A stretch of DNA of 64,000 bases, taken from the NCBI GenBank assembly GCA_001798135.1, contig MGRJ01000031.1, positions 57,589 through 121,588 of the forward strand, given 5' to 3'. The stretch is from Deltaproteobacteria bacterium RIFCSPHIGHO2_02_FULL_40_28. GTDB lineage: Bacteria > UBA10199 > 2-12-FULL-40-28. This document shows, piece by piece, positions 30,455-41,400 of the stretch. Each line of letters starts with the position of its first letter. Positions within the stretch are counted from its first letter, which is position 1. Under the pieces are notes generated by a model. The model saw only the letters and a program-made list of their open reading frames with translations, was not told where the DNA came from and did not search any database. A program made the position numbers and the translations under genes.

Positions 30455-33400
30455 TTAAAGACGAGCATGACGTGCTGCATCACGCATGGCTTCAGATCCA
30501 CTGCGGCGACGTCTGGCTTCTTCTTCAACACGGCGGGCATGCTCTGCAGTCACTGTAGCTCTTTCAATTACAGCTACCCGTGAGGCTCTAACCCCTCTTT
30601 CGAAACCATCAACTAAACGCGCATAATCGGCAGGTTGAACAGTAACAGCTTCTTCGGCTTGGGCTTGGCCGCAAATCATATCAAATAAAGCTTGTTCGGA
30701 AGTTAAGTTGTAACTAGACATGCGGGCTTCTACTTCTCTGGCAACACCTTCATCCATTCTTTCGAGGAGCTGTGCAATACTACTTGTGGCTCTTCCTTCA
30801 CTTAAATCATCACGGAAATAATTGGCTAATACTGGATCTACAGTATTTAAGGCTTGATACACTTCAGCAGTACGCACCGTATCAAATATCATGGCCTCCA
30901 TCGGAGTGGGTACAAAAGTTGAGACTGGAGCTGGAGGAGGAACTGCTGTTGCTGCAGGCACACTTGAACGCAAACCACCGCCCAATGTTTTCCCTAAACC
31001 AGAACCTAAAGTAGACCTTCCCCCTAAGGTAGGGGCGGAGCGAACCACGCCCGCTGGGCGTGGGGCCTCTGGGGCAGCCATGCCAGAGGCAGGCGCAGCT
31101 GGTCTACCCGCTGCATCGGCTGCTGGAGGCCTGGGAAGCTCACGTCCCATGCGATCGTAAGTTTGACGAACCACTTCGGCTTGAGTGATTACTTGATCCC
31201 ATCTTCCTTCTTCTACAGGCATGCCTAGGGCATTGGCAGAAGTTGAACCCACGCTTCTCGCTCTTTGAACAAGAGCTTGAAGACTTCCACGAATACGACG
31301 CAAGCGCGCTACACGCTCGGCTCTAGTTTCTCCGGGCTGAAGATCGTAGGCCCTGTAATTTCTGCGTAAATCTTCCTCAATAAATCCTTCATTGTGAAGC
31401 ACAGTATGGTGGGCTTCAATTTCACCAATCAAGTCGTAGGCAATGGCATCACTTTGTAAATTATTTAAAATAGTGCGGGCAATACCGTCAGTTACAACAA
31501 CCGTAATCCTTCCATCTGCAGCCTCTGTATACCAATCACGAGGGAGTTCTTGCATCTCATAGAGATAATGAATGTAAGACACAACAGATTTAGCTACTGT
31601 AGTTACACGATCAATGGGTGAACCAGGTAAGGCACTTGAAGAACGCACAATACCTTCCAATACAGCATTGGAGGGAGAGACAACAGTTAGGTTTCTAATA
31701 GCACTTGTTGGCACCCAGCTAGGAGCACCCAAATTACTCACAGGAGCTGGTGGGTTTCCTAACCAACGTGGACGGGCTCTCCAAATAGTGCGACCTGCAG
31801 TATAAAATGTAGTACCCGTATCTATCGTCCACCTATAAGTTCCCACTGTCCAATCGATGGGATGGCGTAAGGGATATAAAGTTCCACTCCTTACATTCCA
31901 ATCTACTTTTCGTACCCACCATGGCCTTGCATCAGGAAAAACAGGTTGCACTCTGGCAGTTCTAACAGCTGAATCGCTGGTCCCATCAATGGCCCGTCTA
32001 GCTGCATTAATCAATTGCGGCATGCCTAAGCGCCCTAAACGGATGGGCTCTAAACGACGAGAAAGCTGACCCGCATCGGCTTCGTCAGTAGCAATTTTAT
32101 TGTAATCGGCATTGGTCATGGTGCAAGAACCTGTTACACGACCATCACCAATATAGGGTTTTAATTGATCCACCACCTTGCGCTGGGGAGATTTATCTCT
32201 CATGCTACTTACAGAGGCTGCATCTCCAATTTCTTCAAAGTTAACTCGAACAATATTGCTTCTCGTCCGTTCGGCTTCCAGCAAGTCAACCAAACGCATA
32301 GCTCTCTCTTCGGGCTCACCCACGTATTTGGCATCACGAATCAAAGTGGCAATTTGAACGCTGATGTAACTATTGTAAGCCAAAGATTCGGGGCATAAAC
32401 TCCAAATGTATCCTCTGGCTTCTACCTGGGTCTGGGTTAATCTTTGGTTTAGCCCCAAGCTTCCTTGCTCTCGCAAATCGCGCTCTAATTCCATGATACG
32501 ACGCCTAAGCCACATGTGACGTGCAATTTCTTTTACCATGACTGTTTTACCCGAACCACCCTCACCAACAAAAGCAGCAAAGGATTTACCATCGGTACGT
32601 TCCCAAATCATGAAGGTTTGGCGCACTTCATTTTCGCGCCCTTCCAACGGAATCCGTGTTTCTACATCCTTAAAGGGATCTTCACCCCATTGTTTCACAA
32701 AATCATCCAAAGACATTTTTGCCAGTTGAGCCCTTCTGGCCTTTTTAACAGCCTCTTCTTTGGCCGCCTCAAGTCCCGCGCCAATGGCTGTTCTTAAAAT
32801 CATTGTTAACACAATAGCACCCACAACATGTGAAAGGGATAGGGCCCCAATAAGCTGCATTACCTCGCTCGCTCCCATGGATAAACCATGCGCCTGTAAT
32901 TCAGTTGGAGTTAATGAATCCACCCCTTGTTCTTCAGCATATTTTTGAAACTTAAAATAAAGTTCTCGCCTACGGCTAGGATCCATATCGTTTAAAACTT
33001 CATAGGCGGCTGCTAGCATAGGGTCTGCATTAGCGGGCAAAGCTTGTGGTGGATCACTACGAAGCATAAAAATTGCATCTCTAATTCCCTTCAACATGGC
33101 AGGTAAAGTGTTGGGATCAATTTTAAAACGCAGCGTTTTAGCCCCTGTTGTATCCATCTCTTGCACACAACCATCATAGGCCATAGGGTTAATATTGTAG
33201 ATGGCAAAAAGATCATTTACCTCATTAATTTCATGAGGATTAAAAGCAAAATCAAGGGTGTAGTAACCCTTTGCAGAATCAGCTAGGGAGCTACAAGCAT
33301 CTTCAATTTTAGGGATGGCTAAAATAGTGGCATTAAAAGGAACGGCTTCCTCTACAGGCTGTCCATTAGCACCCATGACAGATGTTTTAATATCAATAAA

Positions 33401-34141
33401 TCTTCTCTTAAAATCCTCTAATTGATAAGATCCATAAGCCCCTGTTTGAGAGGTAATAAAAGCTTTTACTGCAGCTTCTTCTGCAGGCGTTCCGGGAATA
33501 TGCTGACCAGCTGGTACTGTATACAAACCTAAATTATCAAGAGTAACCGCCTGAGCCGTTATATTTCCTGTAGCATCATTAATAAGTAAAATTGAAAGTT
33601 TGTAGGTTTCGGCCATTCGAGGAATATTAACACTCGCAAAAATTTGGCCGGCAGCCCCTTCGGCATCAGCCTTGCTAAAATAAAAAGAATCTTGGATAGT
33701 ATCTAAATTTCCATCTCTATCAGCATAATAAACCTGATGGGTTTGAATGGCGTCAGGATTGGAAGGATCTTTTAAAAAACCATTCCTATCAAGCATTCCT
33801 ACCCCACTTAAAAAAGCTCTTTGGCCAGGAGATAAAATCTGGGCAACCGCTTTATTTTGTCTTGATAGCTGCCTGACGGCAGCTAATCGGGTTTGAGGAA
33901 TAAAAACTTGATTTTCGTAATTGGAAGGATTGTTATCGGCATCAATCACAACACCCGGGATTATTTTTTCGTTCTCTAATTGCTCACTCATAAAACGAGT
34001 GGCATGATCGTTTAAAAGATCAACTTTAAATTCTTGGAAAGCAGTAGGAGTGATGGTAAAATCTGTTCCTTCTGTTAAACCATCCAAAAGGCCACAGTTA
34101 CGAAAACGTGCAAGATCGCCATGAATTATGGAAGTTACCAT
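30455..34141 (-). CDS. Large (1228 aa) P-loop NTPase-domain protein of unknown function with Pro/Ala-rich low-complexity regions
   Basis: Walker A FVGEGGSGKTVMV near the middle. About 480 N-terminal residues are unrecognised. A hydrophobic stretch (LIGALSLSHVVGAIVLTMILRTAIGAGL) is present. Local GC is noticeably higher than the flanks. Confidence 0.45.
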   Translation of the reverse strand: MVTSIIHGDLARFRNCGLLDGLTEGTDFTITPTAFQEFKVDLLNDHATRFMSEQLENEKIIPGVVIDADNNPSNYENQVFIPQTRLAAVRQLSRQNKAVAQILSPGQRAFLSGVGMLDRNGFLKDPSNPDAIQTHQVYYADRDGNLDTIQDSFYFSKADAEGAAGQIFASVNIPRMAETYKLSILLINDATGNITAQAVTLDNLGLYTVPAGQHIPGTPAEEAAVKAFITSQTGAYGSYQLEDFKRRFIDIKTSVMGANGQPVEEAVPFNATILAIPKIEDACSSLADSAKGYYTLDFAFNPHEINEVNDLFAIYNINPMAYDGCVQEMDTTGAKTLRFKIDPNTLPAMLKGIRDAIFMLRSDPPQALPANADPMLAAAYEVLNDMDPSRRRELYFKFQKYAEEQGVDSLTPTELQAHGLSMGASEVMQLIGALSLSHVVGAIVLTMILRTAIGAGLEAAKEEAVKKARRAQLAKMSLDDFVKQWGEDPFKDVETRIPLEGRENEVRQTFMIWERTDGKSFAAFVGEGGSGKTVMVKEIARHMWLRRRIMELERDLREQGSLGLNQRLTQTQVEARGYIWSLCPESLAYNSYISVQIATLIRDAKYVGEPEERAMRLVDLLEAERTRSNIVRVNFEEIGDAASVSSMRDKSPQRKVVDQLKPYIGDGRVTGSCTMTNADYNKIATDEADAGQLSRRLEPIRLGRLGMPQLINAARRAIDGTSDSAVRTARVQPVFPDARPWWVRKVDWNVRSGTLYPLRHPIDWTVGTYRWTIDTGTTFYTAGRTIWRARPRWLGNPPAPVSNLGAPSWVPTSAIRNLTVVSPSNAVLEGIVRSSSALPGSPIDRVTTVAKSVVSYIHYLYEMQELPRDWYTEAADGRITVVVTDGIARTILNNLQSDAIAYDLIGEIEAHHTVLHNEGFIEEDLRRNYRAYDLQPGETRAERVARLRRIRGSLQALVQRARSVGSTSANALGMPVEEGRWDQVITQAEVVRQTYDRMGRELPRPPAADAAGRPAAPASGMAAPEAPRPAGVVRSAPTLGGRSTLGSGLGKTLGGGLRSSVPAATAVPPPAPVSTFVPTPMEAMIFDTVRTAEVYQALNTVDPVLANYFRDDLSEGRATSSIAQLLERMDEGVAREVEARMSSYNLTSEQALFDMICGQAQAEEAVTVQPADYARLVDGFERGVRASRVAVIERATVTAEHARRVEEEARRRRSGSEAMRDAARHARL

Positions 34142-34408
34142 CCCAAAACCCTCTCATGCCCCCTAAAAAATTCTCTAAAAAATTTAAAAGTTCTGTCATT
34201 CTGAATCCGCCAAAGGCGGATGAAGAATCTCAATGCAATCAATGAGATCCTTCGTCGCCCTTTTCAGGGCTCCTCAGGATGACATTTTAAAAAATTACGC
34301 CTAAAAAACTTCTGCATTGAAGTTATCGGCAGAAAAAAAGGAAAGTTGTGGGAATTAAAAAAACATGATGCGGTGTGTTAAATGTGTGGGGGCGGGGTCA
34401 TCCCGCCC

Positions 34409-35275
34409 CTACATTATTAATTTCATTAAACTTAACACCTGCAAATCAACCTCGTATTTTCCTTGATGATGCAAAGCCAAACCCAAAAGATGATCTTGGC
34501 TTGGACGTAAAATTTGAAATTGAAATTCATCTGATTTGTAAGGAGGGGTTTTGGGGGATTTTTCCCAAATTTCTGGATTTAAGCGAACAGTAATATCACC
34601 ATTTGGTTTCAACGAAAAAACAGCATGAGCAAAAGTATAAAGCACAGGAATACCTGAAGCTTTGGTAAGAGATTCTTTGAGAACAGCGTACTGATAAAAA
34701 CGAAACATGCGATCTTCCCCTTTGCGGGATTCTACATCTTTTACTTCCTCCTCGGGCCCACCCACCATGGCCAAGCGACCCTCATCAACACGGGGTTCTT
34801 TGAGATATTCTACGTCAATGCCATGGGACACATCACCTAGGGAACAAACAACCATTTTTTTGGTGTGACTCAGGCTAACAATAGAAGATGGATCCCCGCC
34901 TTCGCGGGAATGACGAATATGTTTTTCATCCCCATCCGTAGGGGCAAACCCATGTGTTTGCCCGTTTAATGGGGTGACACATGGGTCACCCCCTACATTT
35001 AAGAGAGAAGTGTCATCCCCGCGAAGGCGGGGATCCATCTTCATTCTTGGACGCTTTCCTTCTTCCATTTCCAAATCCGGTGAAATTTTGACGCGCGCTA
35101 GGGCATGAGAGGCAAGGTATTGAGCACGAAATCCAGGATGAGTTGCTTCGTCAAAACGTTTTTGTTCAGAGGGAATTAAAGCTTCGTACAAAAACTTTTT
35201 TTCTTTTTCAGAAAAATGGTCAATGGATTCAGGAATGGGAAGCGACCAGATGGTAATTTTTTTGGTTTCATTCAT
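34409..35275 (-). CDS. Sfp/AcpT-type 4'-phosphopantetheinyl transferase with an in-frame repeat-derived insertion
   Basis: PPTase motifs HGIDVEY (G-x-D) and VLKESLTKASG (W/F-x-x-KE-S/A-x-x-K). The segment MKMDPRLRGDDTSLLNVGGDPCVTPLNGQTHGFAPTDGDEKHIRHSREGGDPSS is encoded by REP-A and family C elements at 34888-35040. Confidence 0.7.
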   Translation of the reverse strand: MNETKKITIWSLPIPESIDHFSEKEKKFLYEALIPSEQKRFDEATHPGFRAQYLASHALARVKISPDLEMEEGKRPRMKMDPRLRGDDTSLLNVGGDPCVTPLNGQTHGFAPTDGDEKHIRHSREGGDPSSIVSLSHTKKMVVCSLGDVSHGIDVEYLKEPRVDEGRLAMVGGPEEEVKDVESRKGEDRMFRFYQYAVLKESLTKASGIPVLYTFAHAVFSLKPNGDITVRLNPEIWEKSPKTPPYKSDEFQFQILRPSQDHLLGLALHHQGKYEVDLQVLSLMKLIM

Positions 35276-35407
35276 GTTGAATATTTTTTTGGACGGGTTT
35301 GGAACCCGCCCCTACACCAACAACATCTGCTAAGCCGACTAATTGTCCTGCAGATGGATCCCCGCCGGAGTTTACCCTCACGAAGGTGGGGGCGGGGATG
35401 ACAAAAA

Positions 35408-38400
35408 TTATCCCGCGGCCTTTAAGGCTGCTGCAACCACTGGAGATGCACTTCCTCGTCTCATGGCACCTGCTCGTGTTGCCATTGCTTCCATACGAGC
35501 ACTAGGACCGGCATGTTCTATCACACCTACATCTTCTAGCACTTGATCGACAGCACTTGCAGGGTCTTCGGCATCCAAGGCCATAGCTAATTGCTGCCAA
35601 TGAATATTTTCTAAACCAAGCCCTTCCATTTCATCACGGCCATAACCATGTTCTTCCAAACGAGCAAGAAGGGTTGCGCGATCCATCTCTCCAGTAGGGG
35701 CGTGATTTATCACGCCCTGTTCAGAGGGCGCAATAAATTGCGCCCCTACATGAGAGACACCTTGAACCAAGCCACTACGCAAACCAGCAACATCTGCTAA
35801 GCTAACAAGTTCTCCAGTTGCTCTAGCCGCTACTTCTCCAGGTGCAGATGGAGAACCTGGATCGCCACGTCGCTCTTCGGGCTCCTCGCGATGACCAGGG
35901 CTCGGGCCATCTCCACCATCAGGGCCACTATCTCTTCCGGGCTCTGGAGGAGGTGGAGCTTCGCGTCCATGGATTAAACGTTCAAACGTACTCTCTAATT
36001 CTTCACCCACACGTACTGTCCCCACATTTTGTGAAGCCAAGAAAATACCACCTTGCCTTCGCGTAGCATCATTAGCAGACTGGGCATTGGCAAAGGCATT
36101 AGTGACAGCTGTTCTCATCAAAGGCTTTGCAATGGCCTCTGTTAAAGTTTTATCTTTAATTTTCTCACGATAGAATTTTAATTGAGTGTCTAATTTTAAA
36201 GCTCCTGGAGTATCCATTAAACGAAGTTTGCGGCCTTCGGCATCTTCAATCACACGAACAGCTACGGAACTACCTAAAGATGGATCCCCGCCTTCGCGGG
36301 GATGACTGAGGGTAAGGGGATCACTCAGAATAGTTTTTCCACCATACTGACTTTCTTTTGAATAAAGAATGGCATCATCCAAGGCTACACCGCTAGCGCC
36401 CCAATGAAATGCGCCTTTTACATCTTCGTGGGTGGTATAGGCACCCGAAGCAATGACTGGAATTTTTGCATCATACAAAGCTTCACGAGCTTTTCGAACA
36501 ATCAGTTCGGGATCGGCATTCATGTCGCGATTTTGTTCAACGGCTTGAAGAATTTTATTAAAATTATGCCCCAAAGCTTTTTTAACAAAAGCAAAGGTGG
36601 CTCTAATTTCTGGATCCTCGGGATGGGCACGCAAGTTTTCGATAGCTCGCGCCAATACGTTTTGAGCTGCCTTCATTTGAGGAACATAACGAGCCGTTAA
36701 AACACCAATGGCCTGTCCGTCTTCACCAAAGAAGGTAACTTTCATGCGCATATCACTCGTTAAGCCATCCCACTCTGGAACCTCAGCCACTAAGGTAATT
36801 GCTTCATTGGCTTCCGGTGCACGCAAAGGAGTGTACAAATTATCTGCAGTGAATCCCCAAATTTTAAAAGCCATCATGCCTGTCCAGCCTGTTAATTCAT
36901 CAGCAGCCAGCATCATGGAATGATAACGGCTTTGACCTTCAATGGGTGTTACCCTTCCCCAAAGAGCTTTTTTTCCATCATCATAATTAAATCTAAAATG
37001 TAAGCCCGTGCCATGCTCATGCCCGGCTGCTACACAATTAGGTAAACATCCAAATTGAGCATTACTTGCAAGTTCGGCTGGATTAATTGTGCTGGCTTTA
37101 TCTTTGCTTTTAACTTTGGAAGCATCTTGGAAAGTAGCATTGGAAAGAGTTTTTTCTTCACGAGTGGCAGGCTTACCTCCTTCGGCTGGCTTATCAACAA
37201 GCTCCATCATTCTCATTTCAATGCGACCATCTGGTTTTTTCTCTACATAAATTCGAACATTGGCATTGGAAGGCGCATTCGCAATATAGCCCACGTTTCG
37301 ATGCAATTTATTAATATCAACTCTTTCGCCACCCTTCACCATGGCTTCTAAAACAGATTCAAAAATGGAATCAAGCATGCCTCCATGGGTGATACCCGTG
37401 TATCCCGCATAAGTTTCTGGAAGTTTAAAATCGACTTCGGATTTATTGGAGTAAAGTCTAAAAGAAGGAAAATCCGTTGTTTTGAATTGTAAATTAATGG
37501 GGCGAAGGGGCACAGTAGGCATCACATCCCACCTAGGATCTCTTAAGTCAGATAAATCACCAAATTTATTTTCTCCGGCCTGGTTTATATTTCCAGAAGA
37601 AATACTTCTCTCAACCACCACAGCATCAAACTTAGCCTTGGTAGTTTTTTGATTAGGTTTACCTTCGTGTTCAACCACCTTCATTTCAGTGAGTTTAATA
37701 ACCTCGGCTGCTGTATCCACCGTTTGAAAAACAGCAATGCCTACTTTATTTAAAGCAATGACTTGTTCTGTCTTAGGCAATCCCCCTCTAAACATCACGC
37801 CGCGCACTTGCTTTTCTGCAACCACTTTAAGTTGGGCTTCAAAGTTAGAGGCAGAAACATCTAAACTCACCACAAGAGGCGCTGTATTACCTACAGCGGC
37901 ATACACAGCATCAATTCTGGCCTCTAGGGTATCAGGGACCCCATTAACACCATTACCACCTTCAGTTGCTGCTTTTCTTGCAGCTCTTTCTCGTAAAACT
38001 TTTTCTGCTGCTGTTTCAGTGGCTTTTAAATTTCCTGCATCCAGGGTTCCAATGCCACCGGCATCAATAACAGCAATGGCCAAACTAGGTGTATTGACCT
38101 CTGGTGAAAAGCCACGTTGAAGCACAGGATAAGAAACACCCTTAAAGGCCTCGGGCATGGGCAACTGGGCTATCCCCTCTGCGTCATGTTTAATGCCTCT
38201 CTCTAAGGTTCTTTTTTCTTTGATGTCACCAATATGCTCAAAAGTATATTTGAGATAATCACCAGGTAAAATATCCGTCAGTAAAAGGGCCGTGTCTTCA
38301 CGAGACATTTTGCCTTCAAACTCCCTGATATCTTTACCGTTGGCCACCCAGGCTGCTTTTTCAGCTCCTAGTCTTGCTTCTAAACGAGCTTGAACTTCTT

Positions 38401-41400
38401 GAATTCTTCTGGCCACCTCGGGATAAACAGACACTTCGTGCTTATCTACAAAAACATAAATATTTTGATCATAGAGACCCCTTTCAAACTCACCTTTTAG
38501 AGCTCCCAAGAGAGCACGCACAGAAAGTTCATTCATAGATACAAATTTTGTTACCGCAGGATCAACTCCTGGTAAGACAAGAGCTCCACTTTGAATATCT
38601 TCAAAAATGCGTTTTTCAATCAAGCCCGCCAAGGTTCCACCAGGAATTGCATGTAATGCAAAAGATAAAAAAGCAGGAAAACTTAAAACACGACGTAAAC
38701 CTGTTTTAGGATCAGAAAGCCTGGGGCTTGCCAATTCTTTTTTGGTGGTCATCTTGGCGCGACCCAGAGAACCCTTGGTTTCCCAGGTAGCCCCGCCGTA
38801 CACTCCACCCAACATTCCATCCGATTCAGAACCACGCCAATCAAACCAAAAAGTTTCTGAAGCTCCAAAATGTTTGCCCCTGGCTCCTTTTAACCAACCT
38901 TGTTCATTGAATAAATCAAGCAAACGGGGATGGCTTCTGCCCATGGGAATAATGGTTGCTATTTCTTCTTCTTTTTCAGAGGCAAAATTAGGAATTTTTT
39001 TCATTTCTAATTCGCCATAGGAATTCATGCTAGGAACAGAAAGTTCGGGCTGGTAATGCGCCCTAGCAGGCAAGCCAAAGGCTACAGAGTCAAAGAAGTT
39101 TACCCCCGGGAGTAGATTTTGTTTAATCAAAGCATCAACAGTTAAACCTTTAATGTTATCCCATTGAAGCTCGGTGTCAAATTCTGTATTAACAGCGGCA
39201 AGCCAGCCCCTAGGGTCTGTAAATCCCAGTTCTTCTAACTTGGTTGTACCTTTCACCAGCACAGGGCGATTTAAAATACGAGAAGCTTTTCTAGTTAACC
39301 ATCCACGAATTTCAGCAACGGTAGGCTCAAAAGCTTTTCCAACAGCTTCAACCACTTCTTTGGGAAGAGGAGTTGGAGTACCGGTTGCTGCCGGGTGGCC
39401 CACATCAAAGGGTACGGCATTTACATTAAGCAATTGTAAGTTAACTCCATGAGTCTCCGCCAAGGCCTTCAAAACAGCAGGATTAAAGGCAGAAGCTTTT
39501 TCAACAAGTTCTTCGGGTTTAGCGGGATCAACGGGATTTGGATCACGATGCACACCCACTACTTCTTTAACCGCTCCTGATTTAATCAGCGCGATTAAGG
39601 TGCGCATACCCATGCCATCAGACATGCCGTAAAACACCATGGGACGACGATGCCAGTTTTTTTGACGAGCCAGGTGGCCCATTTCGTTTACTTCTCTTTG
39701 TCCAATGGAGTCATAAATTTCTTTTACACGGGCTTGGGCCTCGGCATATTTAATGGCATTGTGCTGAGAGCGAATAATTTCTGCATTGGCGCGTTTGTTA
39801 GTGGCGCTAGCTTGATCTGCTGTAACTTCCAAGCGTTTTACCTTCTTGTTTTCGAAATCAACCGTATACACTCTGGGGTTTACAAAATTATTCTGGGCTA
39901 AATCGGTATCCACTTCCAGCTCTACACCCTCATTTAAGGGGAATTGGTAAACCCAACTTTCGATATTGTTCCAATCCAGTTTTCTGCCTTCCAAAACAAG
40001 TGCACGAGCAATGGCATGGGAACGCAAGGTTACTTCATATTGATCACGATAGAGAGAAACGGGGGTTTCTTGATAAGTAGCCCGATTAAAAAACATTTTA
40101 CGCAAGCCCTGACGTTCGGCTCTTTTTTGAACTCTTTCTTTCGCTACTCCCTCAATGAGTTTAGCCACATAATCCACTGCAGATTCTTCGGTCTCAAAAC
40201 CCAGTTTTCCCATCACTTCAATGATGGCTGTATTTTTAGCATTAAAACCAGCAGCCTCACGAAGCACCACCCATGTTACATCGTCATCGTAGAGATCCCT
40301 TAAATTCTCGGCATGCTTATGGTGGTAAACAGTCACATTTTCTCCACCCTGTGCATGAATATTATCCAAACCAGGATCACCCGGAATACCCAAGAAACGC
40401 ATCACAAGTGGAGATAAAGCTGAATCGGAACCGGAAGAACCACCCAAGAGATGTCCCATATGGGCCTTGGTTTTAACAATGTGGGCAAACTGGGTGGGAT
40501 CTAAAATGGAAGAAAGGAAAAGACGTATGGATTCTTCCTCGTATAAATCTCCCATGGGCGTAGAAGTCTTGTGCGCCATTACAACCAGGCGTACATTTTC
40601 TTTAAGCTTACGGGTATTATCCACAAGAAAATCCACCAAATTTTTTCCCGTACGACCTTCTCCAACAGCTTTATTCCATTCTTCTTCAGTCAGTTTGGGG
40701 CCAAAACGTTCGACTAACTTATTGTAGAGAGCTTTTTGTTCGGTAAGTTTTAAACCCCACGTACTGATGGCTGTATCGGCATTAAATTCTGCTTTTGCAC
40801 GCCCTGCAGCACGCTTCCCCCTTTGAACTGCAACCATTAATTCTTGTACAATACCCGTCATTTCCTCTGGGGTATGCAACACTTCAGTTAATTTTTCTTT
40901 GGCTTGATCCCAGGCATCAAAAAGAGCCGAGCGTTGACCAATACCGTAACCTTCTCTGGCTCCCTTGTAGGCTTGTTTATCTCCATCGGTGCGGCTTTCT
41001 GCCCCTGCAATCATGGAGTAAACAGGATCTCCTGTTTTGATGGCATTAGAAAGTGGGGTAATCCCCTGACCACCACCACCCGCACCCAACACAAAACCAA
41101 AGCGTTCCATATCATCGGGACGGGAAGCCATTTTAATGGCAATATCGCGACCACGACGAACAGAATCTCTTATTGTGGCTCCAATGGCATCAAAACCAAA
41201 AATGGCGTTGAAGGTAATGGCGTAATCAACTCCACCGGCAATCCAAATTTTTGCAAAAACTTCATCCCAGTTAACATCCATTCCACTTTCTTCTCTGCGT
41301 GTTGCAGCCCAATACTCACTAAACAAATGTTTCACAGCCATCACAATGTTCATGTTTCCTGTAGAACAAGCAGCTACAACGGCTAGCGCCATCCCTTCAG

